From positions 7,622 to 71,621 of the forward strand of contig JAKPDK010000167.1 in assembly GCA_029552745.1 (NCBI GenBank): a stretch of DNA of 64,000 nt, written 5' to 3'. Each line of letters opens with the position of its first letter. Within the stretch, counting starts at the first letter, position 1. Below the pieces are notes generated by a model. The model had not been told where the DNA came from. It did not search any database and saw only the letters and a program-made list of their open reading frames with translations. Origin of the DNA: Candidatus Hydrogenedentota bacterium. GTDB lineage: Bacteria; Hydrogenedentota; Hydrogenedentia; Hydrogenedentales; SLHB01. The translations under genes were made by a program, and so were the position numbers. Positions 20,036-29,745 of this stretch are shown here, piece after piece.

Positions 20036-20375
20036 CATGGGGAACGCGAACATACAGACGACTTAACCGAATCTCTTCCATGCTTGCTTGGTCACAGGCG
20101 TCTCCATCCACGACGCCCACGCAGGATATCCGGTCGTCTTTAACCCTCGTGCATCTGTGGTTGCTTCAATTTTGACTCTGGCAATACTTCATACCAAACT
20201 GAACCTAGAACAACAATTTTGTCCCATCACATAGGGCTACCGCATGGGTACTTATGTGTCTACTTTCACACGCACGCCGTGCGCCTGGCTTATGGCAAAC
20301 CAACAACTCGCCCCGGAACTTGGCTTTCCAAGAATGGACACCGTATGTATAATGGACGTAGGAAAGGAAAATACA

Positions 20376-20666
20376 GTGAATTCAAGCGTTGACATTGTGC
20401 GGCAACTCGCCTTAATACGCGCGCAACTGAACGAACGGTTTACAGTTACCCGAATCGGTGTTTTCGGTTCCTGCGTCAGAGACGAAGACGCGCCTACAAG
20501 CGACGTGGATATTCTTGTCGATCTGGCAGAACCTACGTTTGATCATTACATGGACCTCAAGTTCCTGTTGGAAGATCTGTTGCAACGACCTGTTGACCTG
20601 GTTCTTGCAGATGCGTTGAAACCACGCATTAAACCTGTCATCGAGCGGGAAGTCATCTATGTCTAG
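20376..20666 (+). CDS. nucleotidyltransferase-domain antitoxin (MNT/MntA-like)
   Basis: 'RIGVFGSCVRDEDAPTSDVDILVDL' is the minimal nucleotidyltransferase (GS...DxD) motif. The likely start is GTG at 20376, with AGGAAAGGA 7 nt upstream; in-frame ATGs at 20334 and 20352 are alternatives. The stop overlaps the hepT start by 8 nt. Confidence 0.75.
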   Translation: MNSSVDIVRQLALIRAQLNERFTVTRIGVFGSCVRDEDAPTSDVDILVDLAEPTFDHYMDLKFLLEDLLQRPVDLVLADALKPRIKPVIEREVIYV

Positions 20667-21003
20667 GGAACCTGGTTTGTATCTGGACGATATGGTGGAG
20701 GCAATCGCCCGAATACGGGAATATACGGCTGCGATGAAATACGATATGTTCGCGCAAGATAGAAGGACTCAGGATGCGGTGATACGTAATCTTGAGATTA
20801 TCGGCGCAGCCGCAGCACGCCTGCCCGACGACTTGAGAAACTGTGCGCCTGAGATCGAATGGCGAAAAATTATCGCATTGCGAAACGTGCTTGCTCATGA
20901 GTATTTTGGAATCAGTCTGCCCATGATTTGGGACGTGGTGCAGAACAAACTGGCAAGTCTCGAAACAGCTTGCGGCAGGCTGTCAGACAAGCAAGAGAAA
21001 TGA
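20659..21003 (+). CDS. HepT-like (DUF86) HEPN toxin
   Basis: 114 aa. DUF86/HepT signature 'IRNLEIIGAAAARLPDDL...WRKIIALRNVLAHEYFGI', i.e. the Rx4HxY HEPN motif 'RNVLAHEY'. Confidence 0.8.
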   Translation: MSREPGLYLDDMVEAIARIREYTAAMKYDMFAQDRRTQDAVIRNLEIIGAAAARLPDDLRNCAPEIEWRKIIALRNVLAHEYFGISLPMIWDVVQNKLASLETACGRLSDKQEK

Positions 21004-21059
21004 GGAAAGTCCAGGGCTCGATGGAAGACGCGGCGCCGGTCGATGCGTAGATCTCGCCG

Positions 21060-21170
21060 TACGGCGTGTGCTCAAACGAGGCATAGAGCGACTTGTCCGC
21101 GTTCCGCACGCTCCGGCTCGAACCGAGGTCGTCAAGGAAACACTACCACGCCACACCTGTCACGGGAATG
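21060..21170. repeat. right copy of the imperfect direct repeat flanking the MNT/HepT module
   Basis: See the left copy at 19925-20035. Roughly 85% identity over ~100 bp by eye. Confidence 0.55.
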
Positions 21171-21490
21171 GTGCCTTCGATGTGCGTTAACGTCCGCCCG
21201 GCGTATGTTCTCGTCCGCGCGCCGAGGCAGTTCTTCATTGGTGATGGTTCGCCCAAGAACCCGCCAAGGATGAGTCTTCACTCACTTGCTAATAGGATTA
21301 TGCGTTTTTGGCCCCGTAGTACATAAGAAAAATATCCACGAATAGACACAAATTGAAAAAAAACAATAACCCGTGTGGGCGTCCTTTTGGGCTTTTTGGC
21401 TTATTCCAAAACCTGCGTCGAAAACCCATATCAAAAGGGACACCGTTCTATTCTTTTATGAGTCCTTTCCTTGCCACCCGAGACGTGTCT

Positions 21491-21533
21491 TACGAAGCAA
21501 AGAAAGAGGGTGGGTGAAAATCACCCACCCTCT
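21491..21533 (-). terminator. rho-independent terminator downstream of the DUF1559 pilin-like gene
   Basis: Perfect 13-bp stem 'agagggtgggtga/tcacccaccctct' with an AAA loop. On the minus strand it is followed by TTCTTTGCTT, about 45 nt after the stop at 21580. Confidence 0.55.
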
Positions 21534-21579
21534 CTGTTCATTCGCCGCAATGTGCAACGCCTTTCAGTCTTCGGCGCTA

Positions 21580-22548
<969 letters not shown>

Positions 22549-22921
22549 GGTGTCTTCTCCTTTTCCTCTTGTACGCCTTGCACGAAGGCTGTCCACAAAT
22601 TGCAGGGCGCCACTCGCCCCACAGCGAGGAATACAATAAACACGGTGCGTTAGAAAATAATGAGAAAATAGATAGGATATGATGAAGCGCTCTTGTCGTT
22701 GTCACTGCACCCCACGGAGTAAGCTTGGGATCGGCCAGCGTGGATGTACTTTATGCCCCCGTCCCGCCTGCCCATTTGGTCACGGGACATGTGCTACGCT
22801 TGCAAGGTCCTGTCGAAGTTCAGGGAACTAGAATCTAAAGAGGAACCTTTCCGAAGGTCTTCCGCAAGCTGCTGGTCGCGTAGCCCCCGTCTTTGCCGGG
22901 ACGGTTGTTGTTTCTTTGAAG

Positions 22922-23407
22922 TTACTTTCTTGTCCCCTTGGCGAACTCTTGTTCTGCATCCGAGATCAGTTTCAAAGCCGAAGCGGCATTCTGCACGTGG
23001 ATGAGTTTTTCTCGGAAATCCGCGTTTTCCATGAGATGTGCAATACCGGCAAGCGTCCTGACATGTCCCGGGTAGTTGTCCTTGGGGGTAATCAACAAGA
23101 TGATGATTCGGGCAGGCTTGCCGTCGAGGCAATTGAACGGTATCCCCTTGCGCGATATCCCCAGGGCACCGATCATGTCGCTAATCCGGTCAGACGCGCC
23201 GTGAGGGATCGCTATACCGAACTCCATCCCGTGACTCATCGCCCTTTCATGTCCTGCCACCACCTCGATCAAGTGACTCCGGTAAGACATCGGGACTTCA
23301 TGGGCTTCGATTAAAACATCGATTAGTTCCGTGATGGCTTCGAAACGATCTTCCGCCTCAAGGTTCACTTTTATCACGTCTTCGTGCAACACTTCACTTA
23401 ATAACAC
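22922..23407 (-). CDS. ptsN: PTS EIIA type-2 protein, PtsN/EIIA(Ntr)-like regulatory protein
   Basis: 161 aa. The PTS_EIIA_2 pattern has its phosphorylatable His in 'GIAIPHGASD'. The N-terminal 'VIKVNLEAEDRFEAITELIDVL' is typical of PtsN. The start overlaps the atpD stop by 10 nt. Confidence 0.7.
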   Translation of the reverse strand: MLLSEVLHEDVIKVNLEAEDRFEAITELIDVLIEAHEVPMSYRSHLIEVVAGHERAMSHGMEFGIAIPHGASDRISDMIGALGISRKGIPFNCLDGKPARIIILLITPKDNYPGHVRTLAGIAHLMENADFREKLIHVQNAASALKLISDAEQEFAKGTRK

Positions 23408-24099
23408 GTTTCGTTTCCTTCTGAACGTTCCTCGTCACGTATCCCGTCCCACCTCGCGGGCTCGGCGCGACGCCGCTGTTTCTTCTTCTTGATCCGCTTC
23501 AATCGAAACATTTCTTCCCGTTCGCGTTCTTCCAAGGCACGTGCAATCTGCACGGATTCCGCACGCAACTGGGGAATAAGGTGTTCCTGCAAGGCATTGA
23601 TACGCCGACTCACCTTTTGAATCTCGTTGCCCAGCAATTGCAAATTGCGCTCTCGCGGTGCACACGCCAACAGAACTTCCAGCATGCGTTCCGCAGCCTC
23701 GGCGGTTTCCCAGATATGAGAGGACGTCGCGAGACGTCCCAACCCGAGGTCGTCGGGAGTTCGCACGATCTCCCGACCTTCCACATCAGCCAGTGGAATG
23801 CCCCAAACGTTCTTGGTTTTTACCTGGACGTCGATCTCGCGTTGCAAGGCTGTCGCGGCGGACCGCAGCTCGTCCGTGCCGCGCATGGCGCGTGCCAAAA
23901 CAAGGGCGATGGTTGCGGCTCTGCCTCGGATGTGCAGTTCTCGCCGCATGTCGCGATACTCTCTTGCTCGAGTGAGCAATTCTTGTAACAAGGCGTGACG
24001 TTTCCCTTCCAGCAACGTGGCACCTTCCTGTGCCAGGCGAATTTGGGCGCGTCGGGTGAGCAACGCCATCCGTGTGGGACTTGCACTTTCGCCCGTCAT
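23398..24099 (-). CDS. atpD: V/A-type ATP synthase subunit D
   Basis: 233 aa coiled-coil protein. 'PTRMALLTRRAQIRLAQEGATLLEGKRHALLQELL' matches the V-ATPase D-subunit N-terminus. It lies downstream of atpB. Confidence 0.8.
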   Translation of the reverse strand: MTGESASPTRMALLTRRAQIRLAQEGATLLEGKRHALLQELLTRAREYRDMRRELHIRGRAATIALVLARAMRGTDELRSAATALQREIDVQVKTKNVWGIPLADVEGREIVRTPDDLGLGRLATSSHIWETAEAAERMLEVLLACAPRERNLQLLGNEIQKVSRRINALQEHLIPQLRAESVQIARALEEREREEMFRLKRIKKKKQRRRAEPARWDGIRDEERSEGNETCY

Positions 24100-24115
24100 G
24101 ACATCCTACCTCGCA

Positions 24116-25564
24116 TCACAAACTTTGCTCTTTCAGGAACGGGGAGCGCACGCCGTCCTCCATGATTTCGCAATAATACCGATCTATCAGGTCTTTATTG
24201 ATCCGCGTGAGTTCCTCTTTAGGAATGAGGGATAAAAGCCGCCACCCGAGGTCCAGGGTTTCTTCAATGGTGCGACGGGACTCTCCTTGATGAATCATCT
24301 GTTGTTCAAAGGCGCGTGCAAACGCCAGATACTTTCGGTCTAACTCGCCCAACGCCTCTTCCCCCACAATGCTCATCAACCGGCGGATATCTCGCCCATG
24401 GGCATAGGAGGCGTACAGTTGATTTGCCAATTGTCGATGGTCGGCACGCGTCCGCCCCTCTCCGATACCGTTGTTCATTAGCCTTGAAAGACATGGAAGG
24501 ATGTCCACGGGAGGAAAAACCCCTTGCCGGTGCAATCCTCGGGAAAGGACGATCTGTCCTTCGGTGATATACCCTGTGAGATCAGGGATGGGGTGCGTCA
24601 TGTCGTCATCCGGCATAGTCAAGATGGGCACTTGGGTTACAGAACCCTTTTTCCCCCGAATACGACCTGCCCGTTCATATATCGTGGACAAATCTGTGTA
24701 CATATAACCGGGGTAACCTCGCCGTCCGGGAATCTCCTCGCGCGCGCTTGAGATCTGCCGCAGCGCATCGCAGTAGTTCGTCATATCGGTCAAAATCACC
24801 AAAACATGGTACCCCAACTCGAACGCGAGATATTCCGCCGCAGTAAGAGCGCAGCGCGGTGCAAAAAGACGCTCAATCGCTGGGTCGTTCGCTTTATTGA
24901 TGAAAGCGACTACACGATTACCTCTGCCGCCGCTGTCAAACGATTTCAAGAAAAACGCCGCTTCCCGTTCTGTCAGCCCCATTGCGCCGAATACAACTAC
25001 GAACTCTTCGGTATCGTTTTTCGTGCCGGCTTGCTGAACGATTAAGGCGGCAACTTCGTTGGCGGGAAGGCCCGCGCCAGCAAATATGGGCAATTTTTGC
25101 CCGCGCACGAGGGTATTCATCCCATCGATTGCGGAAATGCCGGTTTCGATAAAGTCGCTGGGTTTGTCACGCGAAACCGGATTGATAGCCGCCCCCATGA
25201 TGTCGACTTCGGCGTCCGGAACGGGTGCAGGCATGCCGTCGATAGGTGCGCCGACACCGTTGAACCGTCTGCCCAGAATGCCGCGCGAAACGCCGAGGCG
25301 GGCGGCTTCTTTCTGGAGCGATACCGTCGTCGTCTTTACATCCAGACCCTGTGTACCCTCTAACACCTGGACAACCGCATGATGTTGCGAGACCTCGAGT
25401 ACCTGTCCGTGCCGCACCACACCGTCAGCTGTTTGCAATTCCAAAATTGCACCGGTCGGAAAACGGCTGCCTGTACGCAAAAAAACCAGGGGACCAGAGA
25501 TGTATTGAACATCCCAATACTCGCGTTCGAGCAGGTCCGATGATTGTATGGAAGGATTGGTCAT
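24116..25564 (-). CDS. atpB: V/A-type ATP synthase subunit B
   Basis: 482 aa, non-catalytic alpha/beta-family subunit, including '[23 protein letters not shown]'. It sits immediately downstream of subunit A. Confidence 0.9.
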   Translation of the reverse strand: MTNPSIQSSDLLEREYWDVQYISGPLVFLRTGSRFPTGAILELQTADGVVRHGQVLEVSQHHAVVQVLEGTQGLDVKTTTVSLQKEAARLGVSRGILGRRFNGVGAPIDGMPAPVPDAEVDIMGAAINPVSRDKPSDFIETGISAIDGMNTLVRGQKLPIFAGAGLPANEVAALIVQQAGTKNDTEEFVVVFGAMGLTEREAAFFLKSFDSGGRGNRVVAFINKANDPAIERLFAPRCALTAAEYLAFELGYHVLVILTDMTNYCDALRQISSAREEIPGRRGYPGYMYTDLSTIYERAGRIRGKKGSVTQVPILTMPDDDMTHPIPDLTGYITEGQIVLSRGLHRQGVFPPVDILPCLSRLMNNGIGEGRTRADHRQLANQLYASYAHGRDIRRLMSIVGEEALGELDRKYLAFARAFEQQMIHQGESRRTIEETLDLGWRLLSLIPKEELTRINKDLIDRYYCEIMEDGVRSPFLKEQSL

Positions 25565-27358
25565 CTATTCGCTCCTCTGTGTCACTAAATTGGAGAATTG
25601 GTGTTCTAGACGCTTCATTACCTCCGCACGAGCTTCCTCGAATTTTTCCCGGGATACATCTCTCAAACGGGCGATATCTTCTCGAAGGGGAAGTCGCAGA
25701 ATGTCAGACAACACCATCCCTTTTTCCAACGCTTCTCGAGCCGCTTGGTAAAAGGCAAGTACGGCTTCCAACAGCCCGGAGGTCTTTGGGAGCGAACTGT
25801 AGGCATCCGCATCGGAAAAGGCATTTTGTTGCAAAAAGACTTCCCGTACCAGACGCGCGGTTTCCAAGACCAGCCGCTGGGCATCCTGAAGCGCATCCGG
25901 ACCCACCAACTGCACCACCTCCTGGAGCTCGGCATCGCGCTGAAGCAATTCAACAAGCGCCCGGCGACGCTCCGTCCACCCCGCCGGCGCGTGCGTCGAA
26001 AACCACTCTTCCAACTCTTTCAGATAAAGGGTATAACTTCGGTTCCAATTGACAGCCGGGTAGTGACGCCGATAAGCGAGTGTTGCGTCTAATGCCCACA
26101 AGGCGCCTGCCACTCGCAACGACGTTTGAGTGACAGGCTCGGAGTAATCCCCGCCAGCGGGCGATACCGCTCCGACGATGGTAAGAGAGCCACACCGGGG
26201 CGGTTCGCCTTCGCGCACGGTTTCGAGACACTCCACCCGACCGCTACGTTCATAAAATGCGGCAATCCTTGCCGCCAAATAGGTGGGATACCCCTCTTCG
26301 CCGGGCATTTCTTCCAGTCGCGAAGCGATTTCGCGAAGGGCTTCTGCCCAACGGGATGTGGAATCGGCCATAAGAGCAACATCGTAGCCTTGATCTCGAT
26401 AATACTCCGCGATGGCAACCCCGGTGTAGACCGACGCGTCACGCGCTGCGACCGGCATATTCGAGGTATTCACCACCAAAATAGTCCGGTCCATGAGAGG
26501 ACCACCGGTCTTTGGATCTTTGAGGTGAGGAAACTCGTCCAAAACATCTGCCATCTCGTTCCCGCGTTCGCCACATCCGATATAGACGATGATATCGGCG
26601 TTACAGTACTTTGCAAGTGTCTGCTCCACGACGGTTTTACCGGTGCCGAATCCGCCGGGTACAATCGCCGTGCCCCCCAGAGCGATAGGGAAAAGACAAT
26701 CCAAAACGCGCTGTCCCGTGAGAAAGGGACGATCAACAGGAAGTTTCTTTAAGATGGGACGCGGCTCTTTGATAGGCCAAACCTGCAGCATGCGTAACTC
26801 GACCCCGCCATCTAAAACGGCGATGACGTCATCAACCCCGTACTCTCCTTTTGGAGCTATTTCACGGACGACACCCTTGACCTTGGGCGGCACCAAAATA
26901 CGGTGCACAAAATGTTTCTCTGGAACCGTACCCAATATGTCGCCGCCAGTTACCTCTTGCCCATTCTGAGCTGTCGGCGTGAACAGCCATCGGCTCGACC
27001 GGTCAAGCGCGGGCGCCGTCAGTCCTCGCGAGATAAAATCTCCGGATTGTTTCTGTAAACTCGACAAGGGACGCTGAATTCCATCGAACGTTCCACCGAG
27101 CAAACCCGGTCCCAGTTCGACCGACAGAGGGGTGCCTGTGGGTACCACCGGTTCGCCCAAAAACATGCCCTGGGTGTCTTCGAAAACTTGAGCGTCAACG
27201 GTATCGCCGTCAATGCGGATGACTTCGCCGAGCAGACCGGCTTTCCCGACCCGCAGCACTTCGCCCATTGCGACACCGTGCATACCGGAAGCGGAAATCA
27301 TGGAGCCGGCAATCCGCACAATCTTACCGATACATTCTGTTCTCGTTGGTAACGTCAT
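25565..27358 (-). CDS. atpA: V/A-type ATP synthase catalytic subunit A
   Basis: P-loop 'PGGFGTGKTVV' and 'IVYIGCGERGNEMADVL' within the V-type A-subunit architecture. Start chosen at the Met 8 nt after the atpF stop. Confidence 0.9.
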   Translation of the reverse strand: MTLPTRTECIGKIVRIAGSMISASGMHGVAMGEVLRVGKAGLLGEVIRIDGDTVDAQVFEDTQGMFLGEPVVPTGTPLSVELGPGLLGGTFDGIQRPLSSLQKQSGDFISRGLTAPALDRSSRWLFTPTAQNGQEVTGGDILGTVPEKHFVHRILVPPKVKGVVREIAPKGEYGVDDVIAVLDGGVELRMLQVWPIKEPRPILKKLPVDRPFLTGQRVLDCLFPIALGGTAIVPGGFGTGKTVVEQTLAKYCNADIIVYIGCGERGNEMADVLDEFPHLKDPKTGGPLMDRTILVVNTSNMPVAARDASVYTGVAIAEYYRDQGYDVALMADSTSRWAEALREIASRLEEMPGEEGYPTYLAARIAAFYERSGRVECLETVREGEPPRCGSLTIVGAVSPAGGDYSEPVTQTSLRVAGALWALDATLAYRRHYPAVNWNRSYTLYLKELEEWFSTHAPAGWTERRRALVELLQRDAELQEVVQLVGPDALQDAQRLVLETARLVREVFLQQNAFSDADAYSSLPKTSGLLEAVLAFYQAAREALEKGMVLSDILRLPLREDIARLRDVSREKFEEARAEVMKRLEHQFSNLVTQRSE

Positions 27359-27365
27359 GAAACGC

Positions 27366-27692
27366 TTACTCCAAACGTATTTCGTAACCAATTGCAGGTT
27401 TTAACAATTCCGCCAAAAGAGCGTCCACGTCGCTCTCATCGGTCTCAAAAGATGGACAGAACAGGATCAACGGCAGCCCTCGGTGTTCTCGGATCCGTTT
27501 GTGAATCCGCTCTGGAAATCTCTCGCGCAAAGTTTCATCAACAAGGATTATTTGAGCGGCATCTAGCCCGTCCAAGTAACGGAGGAGGATCTGTATTGCT
27601 TCGTCAGCATCGGTAACGTCGATAACAGGAACACCGGCAAGACGCAGTTGCAGTCCAACTTCCGAGTTAGCCAGAGCAATCACACTATGCAT
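27366..27692 (-). CDS. atpF: V/A-type ATP synthase subunit F
   Basis: About 109 aa. 'MHSVIALANSEVGLQLRLAGV' is F-subunit-like. Positioned between C and A, as in the Thermus operon. Confidence 0.65.
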   Translation of the reverse strand: MHSVIALANSEVGLQLRLAGVPVIDVTDADEAIQILLRYLDGLDAAQIILVDETLRERFPERIHKRIREHRGLPLILFCPSFETDESDVDALLAELLKPAIGYEIRLE

Positions 27693-28785
27693 AGAGCAGC
27701 TCTTCTTGAATACGTCCGACGGGTAGCCCAGCGGCACGACCTCGAACGATCATTCTCAGATTTAAGATTTCGTTAAACTTCAGCCAGCAATAATGCATCA
27801 AAACGGCAAACCCCGTACCGTCGGCACGTGCGGTTTTCTTAAGGTCTGCGATAATGAGTCCGTGGAGTATCCTCTCCAAAGTTGAAAACCGACCGCTTTG
27901 AACAAATTGGTATAAACCGTCAATCAACGCATGGTAAGGAGTCGGCGCCAGCAACTCCAGCGCAGTTGCCACATCCTGCGTCCATGCCAAGCGTCGTAGT
28001 CGTGTCCCGTCTATCGTCCCGCACGGGAGAAGCCTTCGCTGTAACCCGCGACAGTGCGTGTCGTAAACCACTCCCTCCGGAAGACGTTGTTCGTAGCGCC
28101 GTTTTTCTCGTAGCAAGGTACGCAAATTGATCAAGTCAATGTACATGCTCAACATCCGAGCAAATTGCTGATCGGACGGATCGGAAGACGATCGGAAGCG
28201 CTCTGCGAGTCGAACGTAATAGGCGTGATCGAGTGCTTCTTCGAGTGCCGCCAATTTTTCCGTATCGCGGTACTCGCGAAACGCAGAAAGCAGCGGCGAA
28301 CATATTTCCGGCGCCCACGCCACCAGCTGACCAATCAGACGCTCCATAGTCGGTTCTTTCGACAAACGATCAAATTGTTCGGGCGACAGATTTGCGCCAA
28401 TGGGGGTAAAGACTTCCTCGGCAGAAGCGGAAGGGCGATGTCGCCTTCGGATAAGCGCCTTCACCGCTACCAAATCCCAGTGCATGAGAAACAGCGATGT
28501 GCGTCGCTCCAGGTGCCCTTTTGTGAGACGAAGAAGATGACGGAAGGTGCGTGACAGATTGCGTGACAAGGCATCTTCTACTGCGTCCACGCTCGAGAAT
28601 CTCGTCAGGCTTTCCGCCATCTCTTGGGCATACGGTGACTGCAGCAGGAGGTCTATGATCAGCCGGATATCGGACTGAGCGAGACAATCTTCCAACCGTT
28701 CCCGCGAAAACAGACGGCTCTTCATCCCGCGGACACGAGCGCTTACATGAGTATTTTGATATTGGGCTTCTGCGGATTGGAGCAT
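27685..28785 (-). CDS. atpC: V/A-type ATP synthase subunit C (V0 d-subunit homolog)
   Basis: About 366 aa, alpha-helical. Position between E and F. Confidence 0.65.
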   Translation of the reverse strand: MLQSAEAQYQNTHVSARVRGMKSRLFSRERLEDCLAQSDIRLIIDLLLQSPYAQEMAESLTRFSSVDAVEDALSRNLSRTFRHLLRLTKGHLERRTSLFLMHWDLVAVKALIRRRHRPSASAEEVFTPIGANLSPEQFDRLSKEPTMERLIGQLVAWAPEICSPLLSAFREYRDTEKLAALEEALDHAYYVRLAERFRSSSDPSDQQFARMLSMYIDLINLRTLLREKRRYEQRLPEGVVYDTHCRGLQRRLLPCGTIDGTRLRRLAWTQDVATALELLAPTPYHALIDGLYQFVQSGRFSTLERILHGLIIADLKKTARADGTGFAVLMHYCWLKFNEILNLRMIVRGRAAGLPVGRIQEELLYA

Positions 28786-28792
28786 GTTGGGC

Positions 28793-29377
28793 TCACATTC
28801 CAAACAGGCGCTCACGGCACAGTTTGCGCAATTCGGGTTCCATCCGTCGCAGACGTCCTCGAAGGGTGTTGCGAACCCTCACTGTATGCGTACGGTCCAT
28901 CGCCGCCACCCCGTCCCAAAGGTCCGGGTCTTTCTCCACCGAGATGTCAGGGCGTCCCTTGCTTGAAAGCCACGACCGACAACACGCCGCGTATTGGGGC
29001 GCGGTATACACCACAGCGCATTCTGGAAATGCCGCAAGGGTCTCGGTCAAGAGTGCCACAACGGTGTTTTCAAAATCCGCACGCTTTGTCAACGCCTCCA
29101 GTTCGCCGCGAAGCCGTGACAAAATCTCCTCGATCACCCCATGCTGGAAGGTCTCAAGAAGACGAGCGGCTTCCCAAGCCGCATGTTCCGTCGACTCCGC
29201 CATTCGCGCTGCTTCCTCGCGTTCGATTTTCTTGAGGGCGGTAAGTCGACGTTCTTCAGCGGTGCGTTCCGCCTCTGCCAAAATGCGGCTTATTTGCCGT
29301 TCCGCCTCACGCTTTTCCTGCTGGCAAAGTGCCTCGATCTCGGCAGCCATGCTATCTTTTAGAACAGCTTTTCCCAT
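28793..29377 (-). CDS. atpE: V/A-type ATP synthase subunit E
   Basis: 194 aa. The N-terminal half is a long charged coiled coil (EAERQISRILAEAERTAEERR...). Position between K and C. Confidence 0.6.
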   Translation of the reverse strand: MGKAVLKDSMAAEIEALCQQEKREAERQISRILAEAERTAEERRLTALKKIEREEAARMAESTEHAAWEAARLLETFQHGVIEEILSRLRGELEALTKRADFENTVVALLTETLAAFPECAVVYTAPQYAACCRSWLSSKGRPDISVEKDPDLWDGVAAMDRTHTVRVRNTLRGRLRRMEPELRKLCRERLFGM

Positions 29378-29385
29378 AAGAGGAC

Positions 29386-29745
29386 TTAGATTTGACGAAT
29401 AAGTAAGAACGCGATTACGAAGCCCAAAACCACGATTGTCTCGGGCAGAGCGAACAACACCAGGATGTTGGTGAATAATTCCGGTTTCTCTGCCAGAGCG
29501 CCCGTGCCGCCCGAGCCCACCGCCGATTGGGCTTTTGCGGTGGCAAACCCCGCAACCGCCATCGTAATAGCCGCGGCAAGCGCCAAACCGGCAACCCGCA
29601 ATGCTTCACCTACGCTGATGTCTTCCCGAGACGTAGCGGTTTCGTTAGACTCCGCCGCAAGAACCGGCACCGTCTCCCAAACATTCCACGCCAACGCCCC
29701 ACAAAGGACCACGTAACTCCAAAAAACCCATTTCTTTCTCGTCAC
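29386..29745 (-). CDS. atpK: V/A-type ATP synthase proteolipid subunit K (c-ring)
   Basis: 'GLALAAAITMAVAGFATAKAQSAVGSGGTGALAEKPELFTNILVLFALPETIVVLGFVIAFLL' is the c-subunit hairpin with a conserved Glu. A ~45-aa N-terminal extension carries a hydrophobic segment. Confidence 0.75.
   Translation of the reverse strand: MTRKKWVFWSYVVLCGALAWNVWETVPVLAAESNETATSREDISVGEALRVAGLALAAAITMAVAGFATAKAQSAVGSGGTGALAEKPELFTNILVLFALPETIVVLGFVIAFLLIRQI

Noticed and set aside
22886-22920. Hairpin 'ccgtc-tttgccgg-gacgg' followed by TTGTTGTTTCTTTG downstream of ptsN
   Set aside because: The stem is only 5 bp, and the T-tract is on the + strand whereas the adjacent genes are on the minus strand. It is a weak possible bidirectional terminator at best.
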